Source: a virus. Taken from it: a DNA stretch of 64,000 nucleotides. The position numbers and the translations under genes are program-made. The notes beneath the pieces are model-generated. The model was not told the DNA's origin and searched no databases. It saw only the letters and a list, made by a program, of their open reading frames with translations. Location of the stretch: positions 4,336 through 68,335 of the IMG/VR virus record IMGVR_UViG_3300020005_000004, one strand, 5' to 3'. Of the stretch, positions 1-8,015 are shown piece after piece. Numbering within the stretch: position 1 is the stretch's first letter; every line of letters begins with the position of its first letter.

Positions 1-22
1 TCCAGAGGGCTTAATAGCTACA

Positions 23-244
23 ATGAAATCAGACGGCATTCTTCTCCAATGGTACAGCGTTCCATTTGCAACAACTTACTGGATATCCAGAAGTGACAGG
101 GAAGCGTTAGGTGAAAAAGCTATCGCAATTATTACCGGAACAAGTTTTACCGATCATTACCCTGTTGCGGGAACTACTTATAAAGTTGCGGCAGTTGTGG
201 GTGATACTCTTGGAAACTTTTCAAATCCGGTAACTCCAATATAA
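23..244 (+). CDS. Small beta-rich (Fn3-like) protein, 5'-truncated by the window edge
   Basis: Near-identical to the C-terminal part of 46260..46562. Confidence 0.75.
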   Translation: MKSDGILLQWYSVPFATTYWISRSDREALGEKAIAIITGTSFTDHYPVAGTTYKVAAVVGDTLGNFSNPVTPI

Positions 245-534
245 TGGGAGCAAAATTTGATGCACTATTTAAGGCGTTTAAAGAAAATCCAACTGCTGCG
301 ATAATGACGCTATTGGTAATTGGCATTTCTGTTATGTTTGTTATCAATCAAAAAACTAATGAAGGCGTAAAAGATGATTTGAAGAAAGCTAATAAAGATT
401 GTGTTACTGAAAAATTTGTTCTTGCTACTCAAATGGATCAAATGAGAGGTCAGATAATTGATTTAACCGGAGCATTCAAAGAACTTAAAGGCGAAATGAA
501 TACACTTAGAAAACTTGGTATCGTAAAAGAATGA
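244..534 (+). CDS. Membrane-anchored coiled-coil protein (lysis region)
   Basis: One N-terminal TM helix then coiled coil; paralog of 46783..47070. Confidence 0.7.
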   Translation: MGAKFDALFKAFKENPTAAIMTLLVIGISVMFVINQKTNEGVKDDLKKANKDCVTEKFVLATQMDQMRGQIIDLTGAFKELKGEMNTLRKLGIVKE

Positions 535-1289
535 GAAAATATTTACCTATATTATTATTGTTTGTGGCTTGCAATAGCAGTTATGAAAAGGCAACTCCAA
601 TAACAGTAAGCGATAAACCATTAACAGATTCTATTTCTTTAATTGTAGATAGTTTAAAAGAATGGACAGAAGATATTTCTTCAGTTTCAAGTTATGCAAT
701 AAATGCACAAGCAAGGATTAAAGAGTTAGAAGAAAGAAAAGCACTAACACAGGCACAAGTTGAACATGAACCTTTTTATTTATCAATGATGAAGTCAGAA
801 GATTACAAGCCTACTGATGACAAGGACAAAGAAATTTACCGACTAACTCAGAAAATAAGAGAATATGAAAGGGAAATATCAAAGTTAAAGAATAGGTTAT
901 TTTACGATAGTATGATGAGAGTTGGGAAGATCGAATATGACCAAGTGCCTAACGAAGAAAAACCAAACGATAAAAGTTTAGTGATTACATTAAATAAGAA
1001 ATTACGGGGCGATGGTGACATTTCGGAACATGGTGTAAGTGTTTGGATAATGAAGTACACCAAGAAGGCAAAGAAACTATTCAAGGGGTATGAAAGTTGT
1101 CAGCAAAAAGACTTAAATTTATTAGATGCAAAAGAGGCAAGTTATTATAAAGGGCAGTATTTTTTTAATGACGTAGAACCTGGAAAGTATTTAATAAAAG
1201 TCTGTGCTTTGTTTGGAAACTGGATGGTGATTAATAAAAAAGATTATAAACAGGAGATTGAAATGTTGATGTCTCCGCCTATTCAATAA
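531..1289 (+). CDS. Lipoprotein
   Basis: Lipobox FVAC; shares YFFNDV.PG.YLIKVCA and MSPPIQ with 47067..47810. Confidence 0.75.
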   Translation: MRKYLPILLLFVACNSSYEKATPITVSDKPLTDSISLIVDSLKEWTEDISSVSSYAINAQARIKELEERKALTQAQVEHEPFYLSMMKSEDYKPTDDKDKEIYRLTQKIREYEREISKLKNRLFYDSMMRVGKIEYDQVPNEEKPNDKSLVITLNKKLRGDGDISEHGVSVWIMKYTKKAKKLFKGYESCQQKDLNLLDAKEASYYKGQYFFNDVEPGKYLIKVCALFGNWMVINKKDYKQEIEMLMSPPIQ

Positions 1290-1300
1290 AAATTAAAATT

Positions 1301-1591
1301 ATGAATGTAACAACTTCATCAAAACGGTTCAGTTTAAATGGTAATGATTTTATTAAGGGATTAATTGTGGCGGCACTTTCGCCTATTGTCCCAATTATAA
1401 CAGATACCATAAATTCAGGCAATCTTACTTTTGACTGGAAGAAAATTGCTCTTGCTGCATTGGGTGGCTTCGTTGCTTATATTGTTAAGAACTTCTTTGA
1501 CAAACCAAAAGTAGTTATCACCGATTTGAAAAACGACACAATCGAAGGGGTTCAGGACAAAACTATTGACGTTAAATTAACCACGAATTGA
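1301..1591 (+). CDS. Putative holin
   Basis: Two TM helices, charged C-terminus, lysis cassette; paralog of 47825..48118. Confidence 0.6.
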   Translation: MNVTTSSKRFSLNGNDFIKGLIVAALSPIVPIITDTINSGNLTFDWKKIALAALGGFVAYIVKNFFDKPKVVITDLKNDTIEGVQDKTIDVKLTTN

Positions 1592-2109
1592 AAAGGTGGT
1601 CGTTTATATTATTACTTGGACTCGTAGCCTGTAATACAGAAAAGAAAGCATTGTCCAAAACTCAGCTTTATCTTTTTAAACATCCTGAATTTTCTGCGGG
1701 TTATTGTGCTGAACAATTCCCTGATAAAGCGGATTCCGTAATAGTAAAAACCGATACCGTAACTGAGATTCAGTTTATGGATTCGATAGTTTTTGATACG
1801 GATACTCTTTACAAGGATTCATTAGGTTTTAAATACCGAACAATAACAAAGGTCGTAACCAAAACTATCACTAAGGATAACATAATTTACAGGGAAAACC
1901 GAGCAGAGCAAGAACGATTACAGCTTGCTCTGCTTTCTGCTAACAAAAACATTACAGACTTAATTGCAAAAAATACAATTTTAGAACAAGATAGAAACGA
2001 TTGGAAAGGGAAAGCTAAGACCCGTTGGTGGTGGATTGCCTTACTTATCGGTGGATTTGTGGGAACGATTGCTATTAAGGTATTTGGTAAAACGAAATTC
2101 CCGATATGA
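1588..2109 (+). CDS. Putative unimolecular spanin-like lipoprotein
   Basis: N-terminal lipobox LVAC, coiled coil, C-terminal TM helix; paralog of 48115..48639. Confidence 0.6.
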   Translation: MKRWSFILLLGLVACNTEKKALSKTQLYLFKHPEFSAGYCAEQFPDKADSVIVKTDTVTEIQFMDSIVFDTDTLYKDSLGFKYRTITKVVTKTITKDNIIYRENRAEQERLQLALLSANKNITDLIAKNTILEQDRNDWKGKAKTRWWWIALLIGGFVGTIAIKVFGKTKFPI

Positions 2110-2339
2110 CCAGATGGGATTCTACAGATTGGGCTATTATAATTTTAGCTCTATCAATTCCAATTGCTGAACTTGGATTAATAATAATGAGAATATTCAC
2201 AAATTCACCTTTATCAGATAATGCAGCAAATGTTATTGACGGGATAACTAAAATAATAGGAGGTGGTCTAATTTCAATTCTTTCAATAAGATACGTTAAC
2301 AATAAACACAAAAAAGAAAATGACACAAACAACACTTAG
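2106..2339 (+). CDS. Small two-TM protein (holin/antiholin-like)
   Basis: Two hydrophobic segments; DW...I.GG.I pattern as in 49501..49707. Confidence 0.55.
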   Translation: MTRWDSTDWAIIILALSIPIAELGLIIMRIFTNSPLSDNAANVIDGITKIIGGGLISILSIRYVNNKHKKENDTNNT

Positions 2340-2562
2340 AAAATTAAAGGATCAGGCAAAGTTCAAACTTTCAAAAAGAAGTAAAGTTATTTATACTAAA
2401 CAAACCAAGTGGAGAAGATCCGGAGGGTTGATGGCTTATGTCTTTACTTCTGATTCAAGCGGATTGACTTTTAAACGGGTGGGAAGTGTGAAAGTATGGC
2501 TTGTAGAGTTCATGGTAAATAAATCAACTGGATCAACGGTTGCAAGAAAACAAAAGAAATGA
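2320..2562 (+). CDS. Basic hypothetical protein
   Basis: ORF overlapping neighbours; absent from copy B. Confidence 0.5.
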   Translation: MTQTTLRKLKDQAKFKLSKRSKVIYTKQTKWRRSGGLMAYVFTSDSSGLTFKRVGSVKVWLVEFMVNKSTGSTVARKQKK

Positions 2563-3137
2563 TTACTGAAAAAGCGTTTAATGATTCAGCTACACTTTTA
2601 GGAGTAGAACCGGCAACAATCAAAGCGGTGGCAGAAGTTGAAAGTAAAGGAAGTGGATTTCTACCAAGTGGGCATCCGGTTGTACTTTTTGAGCCTCATG
2701 TCTTTTGGGCAGAACTTAAAAAGCGTGGAATTGACCCCAAAATGATCACAGGGGCTTCAGACATCCTTTATGAGAAATGGACAACAGGTAAGTACGGGAA
2801 AACTTCAGCCCAACCTGAACGCTTAAAACGGGCAATAGCGATAAGCAAAGATGCAGCCCTTTCTTCGGCAAGTTGGGGCAAGTTTCAAATAATGGGGTAT
2901 AACTACGGCCTTGCCGGATTTTCAGACGTTGATTCATTTGTTGCAGCCATGCACATTGACGAAGATCAGCACCTTAATGCCTTTATAAATTTCGTTAAGA
3001 ATAAGAACTTGGTTGATGAACTTCAAAGAAAAGATTGGGCGGGGTTTGCTCTTGGTTACAACGGTTCAGGATATAAGCAGAATAAGTATGATGAAAAGTT
3101 GGCTACTGCGTATAACAAGTTTAAGGGATCGCTTTAG
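2559..3137 (+). CDS. Endolysin, N-acetylmuramidase (DUF3380 family)
   Basis: AVAEVES.G, LFEPH, SASWG.FQIMG.N and YNG..Y..N.YD motifs. Confidence 0.9.
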   Translation: MITEKAFNDSATLLGVEPATIKAVAEVESKGSGFLPSGHPVVLFEPHVFWAELKKRGIDPKMITGASDILYEKWTTGKYGKTSAQPERLKRAIAISKDAALSSASWGKFQIMGYNYGLAGFSDVDSFVAAMHIDEDQHLNAFINFVKNKNLVDELQRKDWAGFALGYNGSGYKQNKYDEKLATAYNKFKGSL

Positions 3138-3152
3138 TTTCTACTTCCTTTC

Positions 3153-3284
3153 TTAATTAAAAACATGAAGCACTTTATCCAAGAATAAAAACATACCGTA
3201 AGCGCATAGCGTTCCAAGTATAAAGGCTATATATCCTTTTATCATTGTTTTTTGTAGGTTATTCATTCTACGATCCTTTTTCAT
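3153..3284 (-). CDS. 43-aa membrane peptide (not in ORF track)
   Basis: MKKDRRMNNLQKTMIKGYIAFILGTLCAYGMFLFLDKVLHVFN preceded by AAAGGAGG. Confidence 0.5.
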   Translation of the reverse strand: MKKDRRMNNLQKTMIKGYIAFILGTLCAYGMFLFLDKVLHVFN

Positions 3285-3303
3285 GTGTTCCTCCTTTGGG
3301 GTT

Positions 3304-3711
3304 TTATAGATTGTTTTGTTTTTTAAAATCTTGCCATTGTCCCGCTATTTGTTCTGCTGTAAACTCTCCTGTTTTATAAAACGAGTGCATATTAAAAATC
3401 AATCCTTTCAGTCTTTCCTTCTCTGCTTTTAGTTCCTCTATTGATAAATCTCTATGAAGTATAGCTTTTGAATATTTGCTTTTCCATTCCTCTATTTGTT
3501 TGGATTGTTCTTCGGCAACTTTTCTATAACTCATTGCGGTTCGTTCCCAAGTTTCGGCATGGTCTTTCAATTCTTCACACTCCTTCTCTTTCTCCTTTAA
3601 TGAGGATTGAAGGGCGGTGATTTGGTCATCTTTATTACCAAAATATTTATCAAGTGCGATTGACCAATCGGTTATGCTTCGGTAGTCTTTGCTTTGTGGT
3701 ATGTCTGACAT
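3304..3711 (-). CDS. Early coiled-coil hypothetical protein
   Basis: Shares LQSSL.EKEKEC.ELK and QSKQIEE with 50297..50854. Confidence 0.7.
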   Translation of the reverse strand: MSDIPQSKDYRSITDWSIALDKYFGNKDDQITALQSSLKEKEKECEELKDHAETWERTAMSYRKVAEEQSKQIEEWKSKYSKAILHRDLSIEELKAEKERLKGLIFNMHSFYKTGEFTAEQIAGQWQDFKKQNNL

Positions 3712-3714
3712 AGT

Positions 3715-4005
3715 TTATAATTTATTTTCTTTTTGATATTGCTGCCATCTATACCCCGATATTTCCTTATCGGCAAGCGGATATATAATGTTATAATTAT
3801 CCTTAACTTGTCTTTCTAATAATAATTTTATCCGGGCATTCTCCTTTTCCAATTCTTCCCGCCCATCGGTTGCAAGTTGGTAACCGGAAATAAAGGCTCT
3901 TCTACTTGCTGCGTTTGCATCATATTCACCAATTACTCCCGCTTCCATATCAACAGGGAATAATTCTTTTGCCTTATCCATTATCGGTTTCGGTATAGTT
4001 GACAT
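3715..4005 (-). CDS. Early hypothetical protein
   Basis: Shares MSTIPK and QLATDGREELEKE with 50297..50854. Confidence 0.7.
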   Translation of the reverse strand: MSTIPKPIMDKAKELFPVDMEAGVIGEYDANAASRRAFISGYQLATDGREELEKENARIKLLLERQVKDNYNIIYPLADKEISGYRWQQYQKENKL

Positions 4006-4010
4006 TGTTT

Positions 4011-4274
4011 TTATTTTTGGTTTGATTTAGGTTTCTTTTTTGGTGGAATCATTTTTAGTTCATGGCTATATGAAGCACTATTAATATCCCACTTTACATC
4101 ATGCGTCTTGCCGTCTACGTTCATCGGATGAATAATAAAATGGTCTTTATCTTGCATACCAACTCTAAACTCAATTATTCCTTGTGCGTAATACTCTTCA
4201 AGATACTTACACAGCTTACGGCCTATTCTATCCATAGCCATGTCTTTTTTTATTTTATCTGGTATTGTATTCAT
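4011..4274 (-). CDS. Hypothetical protein
   Basis: Tightly packed leftward ORF with A-rich start. Confidence 0.6.
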   Translation of the reverse strand: MNTIPDKIKKDMAMDRIGRKLCKYLEEYYAQGIIEFRVGMQDKDHFIIHPMNVDGKTHDVKWDINSASYSHELKMIPPKKKPKSNQK

Positions 4275-4310
4275 AATTTTTATTTTTTAAGACGGAAGCG
4301 GTTTAGAGAT

Positions 4311-5216
4311 TTAGAGTTTATTTTTCCTTTTGAACTTTTGCCAAGAATCTTCTTTGTTTTCAGGCCATTCAACTCGTTTTACTTCATGTTCAATCAACCC
4401 CTTCAATCTTTCAACTTCCTTTTTCAACTCCTCACAGTCTCGGTGGGCAGATAATCTTTTTATTAACTCCTTTGCCCTTGCAACACATCTTTCTATTTCT
4501 TCATAGGCGATTCCTTTTACGCTGCCGCCATCATAATTCTTTTCATGCAATAAATGTTCAGATGCCCATATCAATATTTCCAAAACTGTTTTTGTGTTGA
4601 ATGGTTGGTCATTATCAAGCGGCAACTCCTCACAGTCTCGGTCACCTGTGCGTATCTCTGATTGACTTGATTCGTTTGGGATAATATATTTTTCATCAGT
4701 TGGGATGCATTCTTCTTTTGTTGCTATTAATGAAATGCCGTCTGTTCTATCCCAAACATAATAATCATCACCGTCAATTTTATACAACTTTCCTATTGTT
4801 AAATAGTCTCCTACTTTTGGCTCTCGGTCACCTGTGGGGGAGGGGGAAGGAAGGCACAAATCATTAACTTTTTTATCAATGGTAAATTGAACATATTCCG
4901 TCATGTGAAACCACCACAGCCACCAACTATACATTCGCTCCTGAATAGGCCAATTACCATCTCCTTTTTTTACGTCAGGAACAAACCTTCTTTGATAATA
5001 ATCCTGTTGGTTGATGCAATATGTTTTAAAAGAAATCAAATCACCAACAGAAAGAAGCATGAGATTACCACCAAGTATTATATTTTCTTTTTCAATCAGA
5101 GAAGCGCAAATTCCGTCTGAAGATTTTGGATAAATATTACTCATATAATTTTTATTTTCTTCTTTTTCTGAAGAAGTAGCACAGGGTTCTATGGCCTTTT
5201 CTTTTTTATTATCCAT
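4311..5216 (-). CDS. Mosaic early protein with internal repeated junction motifs
   Basis: IEPCATSS, PSPTGDRE, TGDRDCEEL and RDCEELKKEVERLKGL segments. Confidence 0.7.
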   Translation of the reverse strand: MDNKKEKAIEPCATSSEKEENKNYMSNIYPKSSDGICASLIEKENIILGGNLMLLSVGDLISFKTYCINQQDYYQRRFVPDVKKGDGNWPIQERMYSWWLWWFHMTEYVQFTIDKKVNDLCLPSPSPTGDREPKVGDYLTIGKLYKIDGDDYYVWDRTDGISLIATKEECIPTDEKYIIPNESSQSEIRTGDRDCEELPLDNDQPFNTKTVLEILIWASEHLLHEKNYDGGSVKGIAYEEIERCVARAKELIKRLSAHRDCEELKKEVERLKGLIEHEVKRVEWPENKEDSWQKFKRKNKL

Positions 5217-5670
5217 TATGGTATTTTTTAAATAGTTCAGGCCATCTCTTGCCTCTTTTTATATCTGATACTGTACTTGGGTCAAGGTTATATCCTTTTG
5301 CGATTTGCTTATTTGGTACACCTGTTTTCAACAGGTCGTATATTTCTAACACTTTAGCTTCGGAAAGTTTTGACCTGTTGTGTGATTCGCCTTGTTTCTT
5401 AGCCTTCAATTTGGTTCTTATACTTTCATTAAAATCATACTTACGATGACATGAAGTGCATAGTTGTAAATAATCTTCAGGATTTGAAGAGTACTCGTGG
5501 CCTTCCCTTAAACACCATTCATACCTTTTAGCCGTTGTTGATTTACAATGCTCACATTTAGCCGCATTACCATAATTATTAATAATGCTTTTGTGAAACT
5601 TGTTATGTTTCCATTTTGGTATGTTGCCGACCATTTTCATATTACTCATTATTTTCGTCAAGCCATTCAT
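5209..5670 (-). CDS. HNH-like endonuclease with C-terminal HTH
   Basis: C..C...RYEW and LCTSCHRKYD; GESHNRSKLSE..V and STVSDIKRGKRW; real start may be a downstream Met. Confidence 0.7.
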   Translation of the reverse strand: MNGLTKIMSNMKMVGNIPKWKHNKFHKSIINNYGNAAKCEHCKSTTAKRYEWCLREGHEYSSNPEDYLQLCTSCHRKYDFNESIRTKLKAKKQGESHNRSKLSEAKVLEIYDLLKTGVPNKQIAKGYNLDPSTVSDIKRGKRWPELFKKYHNG

Positions 5671-5875
5671 AAACTTTTAATTTTTTAGGCAACCCTGTAT
5701 AAGAATCGTATTGCGATGGATGCTCCCAATGTTGCAAATTCCAAACCGACCCAGTATTCCAACACCCTGGTTTATCATCTTCATATCTTACTTTGACATG
5801 ATAATTTTTTCTAACTTCTGGCAACCGATCTGAGCATTTCACCCATCTGCATCCCTGCCTATTATTATTTTCCAT
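5642..5875 (-). CDS. DUF551-like small protein
   Basis: WVKCSDRLPE motif. Confidence 0.6.
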   Translation of the reverse strand: MENNNRQGCRWVKCSDRLPEVRKNYHVKVRYEDDKPGCWNTGSVWNLQHWEHPSQYDSYTGLPKKLKVYEWLDENNE

Positions 5876-5877
5876 GA

Positions 5878-6150
5878 TTAAAAGTTTGAGGGTTTATTTT
5901 TGAGTTGCTCATAATGAAGTTCGTAAGCGAGTTTGGTTAATGATTGTAATGCGCTTTTAAATTTTTCTTCAGTTGCTCGCCCTGCTAAATACTCTTCAAT
6001 CCAATACATACAATTTTGCATATACTCTATGGTTGTAGTTTCTTTTACAGGGGGTATAAATTTATATCTTGGCTTTAATGTTCTTGCTTTCTTTTTAAGC
6101 ATACTATCATAAAATCTTTGTTGGTCTGGTGTTCTCGCCGCCCGTTTCAT
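5878..6150 (-). CDS. Hypothetical protein
   Basis: Coupled leftward ORF. Confidence 0.55.
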   Translation of the reverse strand: MKRAARTPDQQRFYDSMLKKKARTLKPRYKFIPPVKETTTIEYMQNCMYWIEEYLAGRATEEKFKSALQSLTKLAYELHYEQLKNKPSNF

Positions 6151-6461
6151 ATACTTGGTTTATTTGGTAGTGGCATTGATTTTAATCTTTCTAAATATTT
6201 TATCACATTCCAATAAGCTATATCCATGTCAGTATGGTTTTCGGAATTTGCCGTAACCCATGTTTTCAATTCTGCAATTAAATCTTCAACCCTCGTCAAT
6301 CCCTGCCTATTGAGGGAGGCGGCAAACATGGCATCAATTATCGCTTGGTAAACATTTGGTGTCGTTCCTTTGCATCTTAGCCAATCCCAATGAGGAACTT
6401 CAATAGCCAAAAGAATTGATTCCAATTCGTCATATTTTTTATCTTCAATAGTAGGTGTCAT
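6147..6461 (-). CDS. Hypothetical protein
   Basis: MTPTIE start shared with 52699..53082; ASLNRQG shared with 52156..52695. Confidence 0.65.
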   Translation of the reverse strand: MTPTIEDKKYDELESILLAIEVPHWDWLRCKGTTPNVYQAIIDAMFAASLNRQGLTRVEDLIAELKTWVTANSENHTDMDIAYWNVIKYLERLKSMPLPNKPSI

Positions 6462-6979
6462 AGTCTTTTATTGTTTGTATCGTTAAAATTCAATCTTGCA
6501 AATTCTCCATAATACTTTATTGCCGCTTTATCGTATGCTTTTGCAGCTTCTTCTTTAGTTGCGAAACATCCCAAATGTATTTGATTGCGCTTGTAGCCTA
6601 TTTTTGCTGACCATGTTTTACATCTGGCATCTTTACATATTCCTTTAAAACCAAGTTTATTTTCTTTAGTCTTACTACGATTTGCCTGATTTTGGCCATT
6701 GGTTGCTTTCCTTAGATTTGATTTTTGATTATTTAATCCATTTAGGTCTCTATGATCTACGGCTATTTTATTACCTTTTAATTTCATTATTTCTCTGTGC
6801 ATAAAAACCTTTCTTCTTTTAACGTTTGGCAAAATAGAACACCTATAAGCATAATCACTCGTTCTATTTTTAAACCTTGTTATGTGCCAATTAAATTGAT
6901 TTAAGTATTCATAATCTTCATCATCAACAAGTATTTCAACTGCTGCGTATTTTTTAGCGAATGACAGTATTTTTTTCAT
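6458..6979 (-). CDS. HNH-AP2 homing endonuclease
   Basis: [31 protein letters not shown]...EEAAKAYD; start set at MKKIL. Confidence 0.88.
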   Translation of the reverse strand: MKKILSFAKKYAAVEILVDDEDYEYLNQFNWHITRFKNRTSDYAYRCSILPNVKRRKVFMHREIMKLKGNKIAVDHRDLNGLNNQKSNLRKATNGQNQANRSKTKENKLGFKGICKDARCKTWSAKIGYKRNQIHLGCFATKEEAAKAYDKAAIKYYGEFARLNFNDTNNKRL

Positions 6980-7259
6980 ACGGCTTTTTAAGTGTGAACA
7001 AAAGATATGATCCTTCTGTGTTTTTTGAAATATTGTACTTATAACCGAAAACCTCATTAAACAATTCAATTTTATCAGCCATTAAAATAGGTGAACAATC
7101 AACTTCAATTCCTATAATGTTCTCAGAAGGTGATTCACGGCGAATCCTTATTGTGTATCTGGAAAGGATTAAAGCCGATTGTAATACTTCGTAAGCAAGG
7201 TTACCCTTTAGAACGCTGAATGAATCCTGAACGCTTACGGTTGTTTTTAAATTTAGCAT
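6954..7259 (-). CDS. Hypothetical protein
   Basis: [10 protein letters not shown] start identical to 53392..53727, remainder unrelated. Confidence 0.65.
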   Translation of the reverse strand: MLNLKTTVSVQDSFSVLKGNLAYEVLQSALILSRYTIRIRRESPSENIIGIEVDCSPILMADKIELFNEVFGYKYNISKNTEGSYLLFTLKKPYEKNTVIR

Positions 7260-7287
7260 GGTTTTAATTTTTTGGTTTGTTAATAAA

Positions 7288-7320
7288 AGTCGGAGCTTAC
7301 TTTCGATTCAGCCCCGAACT
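7288..7320 (-). promoter_or_regulatory. RNA hairpin with AAUCGAAAGUA apex in the leftward early transcript
   Basis: Same apex but a different stem at 53986-54012. Confidence 0.6.
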
Positions 7321-7328
7321 CTAACTAT

Positions 7329-7562
7329 TTAAGATTTGTAATAAATGATTCCAATTCTTTCGTTGTTTGATTTTCTGCTAAACCAAATATGGCTGCCACC
7401 CCTACCAAAATGAAGTCCAGATTTATTAATAATGCCAGAAAATTGTAGCTCTAATATCAAATAATCTCCATTTATATCGCAATTAGTTTTTGATACATAC
7501 GAAAACAATGGGCTTAAGAATCTAAACTTTTCAGATTCTATTTTAAAAGATTTAGTTGTCAT
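7329..7562 (-). CDS. First gene of the leftward operon, hypothetical
   Basis: Start reassigned to MTTKSF, just downstream of the predicted promoter. Confidence 0.6.
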   Translation of the reverse strand: MTTKSFKIESEKFRFLSPLFSYVSKTNCDINGDYLILELQFSGIINKSGLHFGRGGSHIWFSRKSNNERIGIIYYKS

Positions 7563-7592
7563 TTTGTTAGAGTTTAATTGTGAATGATGATG

Positions 7593-7686
7593 CAAATTAA
7601 ACAGTCTTTTTGATATTGCCAAATATTTGTCATAAAAAAAATATTTTGTCAAATTGTGCGGAATATGAAAACTTTCATTATCTTCG
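7593..7686. promoter_or_regulatory. Divergent promoter region (copy A)
   Basis: Minus strand TTTG-N19-TTAATTTG (7623-7593); plus strand TATCTTCG at 7679; CTTTTTGATATT.CCAAATA shared with 54301-54320. Confidence 0.6.
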
Positions 7687-7690
7687 TCAA

Positions 7691-7861
7691 ATGAAAGCAA
7701 TCAATAAAAAACAAGAAAAGAACTGGATCACTATCAAAATTGATCCCACTCTTTACGAATCTCTGAAGAAATATTGTACCGACAAAGGTTTAAAAGTTGG
7801 TCATTTCGCAGGGAAGGCAATCGAAAAGGAAATTACGATTTTAAACATGCAAAACGCCTAA
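7691..7861 (+). CDS. Ribbon-helix-helix-like regulator
   Basis: TIKIDPTLYESLKKYC...GLK...F...AI pattern; first rightward gene. Confidence 0.6.
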   Translation: MKAINKKQEKNWITIKIDPTLYESLKKYCTDKGLKVGHFAGKAIEKEITILNMQNA

Positions 7862-7862
7862 C

Positions 7863-8000
7863 ATGCTATATCTTTTTATCAGCTCCGTTTTAATCGTTTT
7901 TGTTTTTGCTTCTTATTTAATATTCAGGATTCGCATACATCGCAATGATTTAAGAAAGGCAAAGAGGCAATGGGATGATTCAGACAATATTTATTTATAA
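7863..8000 (+). CDS. 45-aa single-pass membrane peptide (not in ORF track)
   Basis: MLYLFISSVLIVFVFASYLIFRIRIHRNDLRKAKRQWDDSDNIYL; only two residues differ from 54601..54738. Confidence 0.8.
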   Translation: MLYLFISSVLIVFVFASYLIFRIRIHRNDLRKAKRQWDDSDNIYL

Positions 8001-8015
8001 CTTAAAAAACAAACC

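Noticed and set aside
4101-4454. Antisense and short alternate-frame ORFs from the track (e.g. 4101, 12083, 13305, 24310, 44988, 50191)
   Set aside because: They shadow well-supported genes and have no motifs; only the 58529-59416 and 26179-26505 alternate frames show positive evidence
4396-4850. CRISPR array
   Set aside because: Repeats are partial, about 195 bp apart and in frame within a gene; no cas genes
7610-7700. Extended N-termini of ORFs 7329..7700, 7610..7861, 6458..7069, 14197..14574 and 54686..55384
   Set aside because: The extensions run through promoters or neighbouring genes; downstream starts fit better
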